Source of the DNA: an uncultured Nitrososphaerota archaeon
GTDB taxonomy: Archaea; Asgardarchaeota; Njordarchaeia; Njordarchaeales; Njordarchaeaceae
Assembly: GCA_964518475.1 (NCBI GenBank)
Contig: CAZFGR010000001.1
Location: 256,001-320,000 of the forward strand
DNA length: 64,000 nt
Reading direction: 5' to 3'
This document shows, piece after piece, positions 61,765 to 64,000 of this stretch (its first letter is position 1; each line of letters begins with the position of its first letter). The position numbers and the translations under genes are program-made. The notes under the pieces were generated by a model. The model ran no database searches, was not told the origin of the DNA, and saw only the letters and a program-made list of their open reading frames with translations.

Positions 61765-62880
61765 TTGAGTAAAATGCCAGAAATAAATAAGGATGAAATA
61801 TTCCAGTTACTCAAAATGATATGTGAAACGCCTTCTCCTTCTGGTTATGAAGATTCTGTCAGGGAGATTCTAGTCAAAGAAACAGAGAGATATGCTGACG
61901 AAGTATGGATTGACGCCATGGGAAACCTAATTGCTAAGAAGGCGGGAGAGGGAGAAGGTAAAATAATGATATCAGCGCATATGGATGAGATAGGCCTCAT
62001 GATTAATAGTATCGATAAGAATGGCTTCCTAAGATTTGTGCCCGTTGGAGGTTGGAGCGAGAGAATACTCCCGGCCCAGAGAGTACTGATAAAAACGCTT
62101 GAGGGTAAGATCATTAGAGGAGTCATAGGCGTCAGACCGCCTCATATAGAAAAACCTGAAGAACGCCAAAAGGTTATACCAATGAACTCATTATTTATAG
62201 ATATTGGAGTTTCATCGGAAGAAGAAGCAAAGAAACTTGGGGTAACTGTTGGTTCTATTGCAGTATTAGAACGCACTGTTGAAAAACTGGGAAATCCAGA
62301 TATAGTTACGGGTAGGGCCTTTGACGATAAGATTGGCGTCGTGACTGCTGTTGAGACTCTTAAGGTGCTAGGAAATACAAAAGCAGATGTTTATTTCGTA
62401 TTCACAGTTCAAGAAGAAGTGGGACTAAAAGGGGCTAGAACAGCAGCTTTTGGAATCCATCCGGATGTTGGTATAGCAATAGATGTAACAACAGCAACCG
62501 ATGTTCCAGGAACTCCAGAACATGCTCAGGTTGTAAAATTAGGAAAAGGTCCTGCCATAAAGATTATGGATGGACGCTCAGGCAGTGGGCTTATAGCACA
62601 TCCAGCAGTTCGTGATTTATTGATAAAAGTCGCAAAGGAGGAGAACATACCCTATCAGCTAGAGATCCTCCCGGGCGGTACCACTGATGCTTCAGCTATT
62701 CAGATAACAAGAGAAGGTATTCCAGCAGGTGCTGTTTCGATACCGACACGGTACATACATTCGCCAGTTGAAATTGTGCATTTAGAAGACGTTGTTAATG
62801 CCGTTAAACTCCTCGCGAAAACGATAAGTAGGATAAATCGCGAGTGGATCAATACTGTTCTTAAGCGAAAAATAAAATAA
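61765..62880 (+). CDS. M42 (TET) aminopeptidase
   Basis: SPSGYE, AHMDEIG, AFDD, QEEVGLKGA, GGTTDA, RYIHSP motifs. Confidence 0.95.
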   Translation: MSKMPEINKDEIFQLLKMICETPSPSGYEDSVREILVKETERYADEVWIDAMGNLIAKKAGEGEGKIMISAHMDEIGLMINSIDKNGFLRFVPVGGWSERILPAQRVLIKTLEGKIIRGVIGVRPPHIEKPEERQKVIPMNSLFIDIGVSSEEEAKKLGVTVGSIAVLERTVEKLGNPDIVTGRAFDDKIGVVTAVETLKVLGNTKADVYFVFTVQEEVGLKGARTAAFGIHPDVGIAIDVTTATDVPGTPEHAQVVKLGKGPAIKIMDGRSGSGLIAHPAVRDLLIKVAKEENIPYQLEILPGGTTDASAIQITREGIPAGAVSIPTRYIHSPVEIVHLEDVVNAVKLLAKTISRINREWINTVLKRKIK

Positions 62881-63056
62881 ATAGCCCTGTTCTTTCCTCA
62901 ATTTTCTTCCATAACTAATTTTTCTCCAAAGCGAGTTGTAATTTCTCACCCGCAGAATATTAGGTAGCAACTATTCGTCACTATAAACATTTCTTCTATG
63001 ATCAGTTGTTAATGCTAGTGTTGAATAAATCTAAAATTCTACAACCGGGGGAAAAA

Positions 63057-63644
63057 ATGCCACTAAGATGGATAGGAAAACACCTAATGATTAAAAGCAA
63101 GTTCACTAAGGATATCCTGACAGGCAAGAAAAAAGCGACAATTAGGCTAGGACGAGTAAAGGTTCGTTCTAACGAGTTTCTAATTCACTCTGGAGGAAGA
63201 ATAATTGCGCGCGCCAGACTTAAAGACGTCAAATACAAAAAAGTTAGTGAATTATCCGACGAAGACGCAAAACTAGATGGTCTAAGTTCGAGGGAAGAAC
63301 TAATCGATGAATTAAGAAACTACTATGGGGATTTAAAAGATGATGATATTGTAACGATCATAGAGTTTGAAATTATGGAAGTCCTTAACGAACCAGAAGA
63401 AAAATACATTGCTGGAATTCCACCATATAAAATCGCCCAATTGGCTTTACAACACTTAAAATTATCCGATAAAGAAGAACTCATACTGCGAACACTTGCA
63501 TCAACAAGAAGCATCAGAAAGACCGCTAAAAAAATGTTTGGAAAACTCTCCATGCGATGGAAGGTACGGAGCGTGGTAAGAAAAGCAGCAAGACAGTTAT
63601 TAGAGGCAGGTATTATAGGTGAAGAACAAGAAAAAGGCTCTTAA
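63057..63644 (+). CDS. ASCH domain protein with C-terminal HTH-like region
   Basis: ILTGKKKATIRLG and DAKLDG....L...L...YG motifs. Confidence 0.85.
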   Translation: MPLRWIGKHLMIKSKFTKDILTGKKKATIRLGRVKVRSNEFLIHSGGRIIARARLKDVKYKKVSELSDEDAKLDGLSSREELIDELRNYYGDLKDDDIVTIIEFEIMEVLNEPEEKYIAGIPPYKIAQLALQHLKLSDKEELILRTLASTRSIRKTAKKMFGKLSMRWKVRSVVRKAARQLLEAGIIGEEQEKGS

Positions 63645-63790
63645 AATTCTCTGAGAAAAGACCTGGCCATGAAAACTTGTTTTTGACGCTTATATTGCAT
63701 ATTGGAAGACCTATTCATACATGTAAAACGAGCCTAGTTTTTGATATAGGGATTCTATAACTATAAGATCATTAAAGAGTGGTGATTATT

Positions 63791-64000
63791 ATGGAAAAGC
63801 CAATTATTGCATTACTAACCGATTTTGGATACTCAGATGGGTACGTTGGGGCAATGAAAGGCGTCATTCTATCCATTAACCCAGAAGCTATAATAGTTGA
63901 CTTAGCTCATAACCTTCCTAAATTCAACATAAGATACGCTGCATTTGTCTTATATTCGACTTTTGATTATTTTCCGCTAAACACTATTTTTGTAGGTGTG
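63791..64000 (+). CDS. SAM hydroxide adenosyltransferase (DUF62) family; 3'-truncated by window edge
   Basis: MEKPIIALLTDFGYSDGYVGAMKGVILSINP...VDLAH; GGTGA SD. Confidence 0.88.
   Translation, partial: MEKPIIALLTDFGYSDGYVGAMKGVILSINPEAIIVDLAHNLPKFNIRYAAFVLYSTFDYFPLNTIFVGV

Overview
Archaeal chromosomal segment, AT-rich (roughly 35-37% GC by eye), densely coding, with GGAGG/GGTGA Shine-Dalgarno sites and many TTG/GTG starts. Most genes are housekeeping: pyrG, mtnA, MEMO1, aRF1, Hsp20, Cdc48, LeuRS, TyrRS, PheRS, MetRS, ATP-dependent DNA ligase, RFC, Trm56, Dim2, gap/pgk, serA and a TET peptidase. Several proteins look like eukaryotic signature proteins: Yip1-like, OSTC/OST3-6-like, roadblock-like, HEAT-repeat, RAD51-paralogue-like, SWS1-like, Urm1-like and a WH2-like protein. 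Together these suggest a thermophilic Asgard-type archaeon (inference). The main hidden layer is non-coding: eight box C/D guide sRNAs can be read directly from intergenic DNA. Three of them tile 16S helix 34. By the N+5 rule, six guides point at positions matching conserved eukaryotic rRNA 2'-O-methylation sites (rRNA targets recalled from conserved sequence; the rRNA genes are not in this window). Other points of note: two small ORFs missing from the ORF track (59-aa wHTH; 31-aa eL41-like), a metG with no canonical start upstream of its HIGH motif, a 54-nt perfect D1/D2 repeat in cdc48, and a serA / aminotransferase / SerK-like cluster with no serB. No CRISPR, tRNA, rRNA or mobile element was seen.
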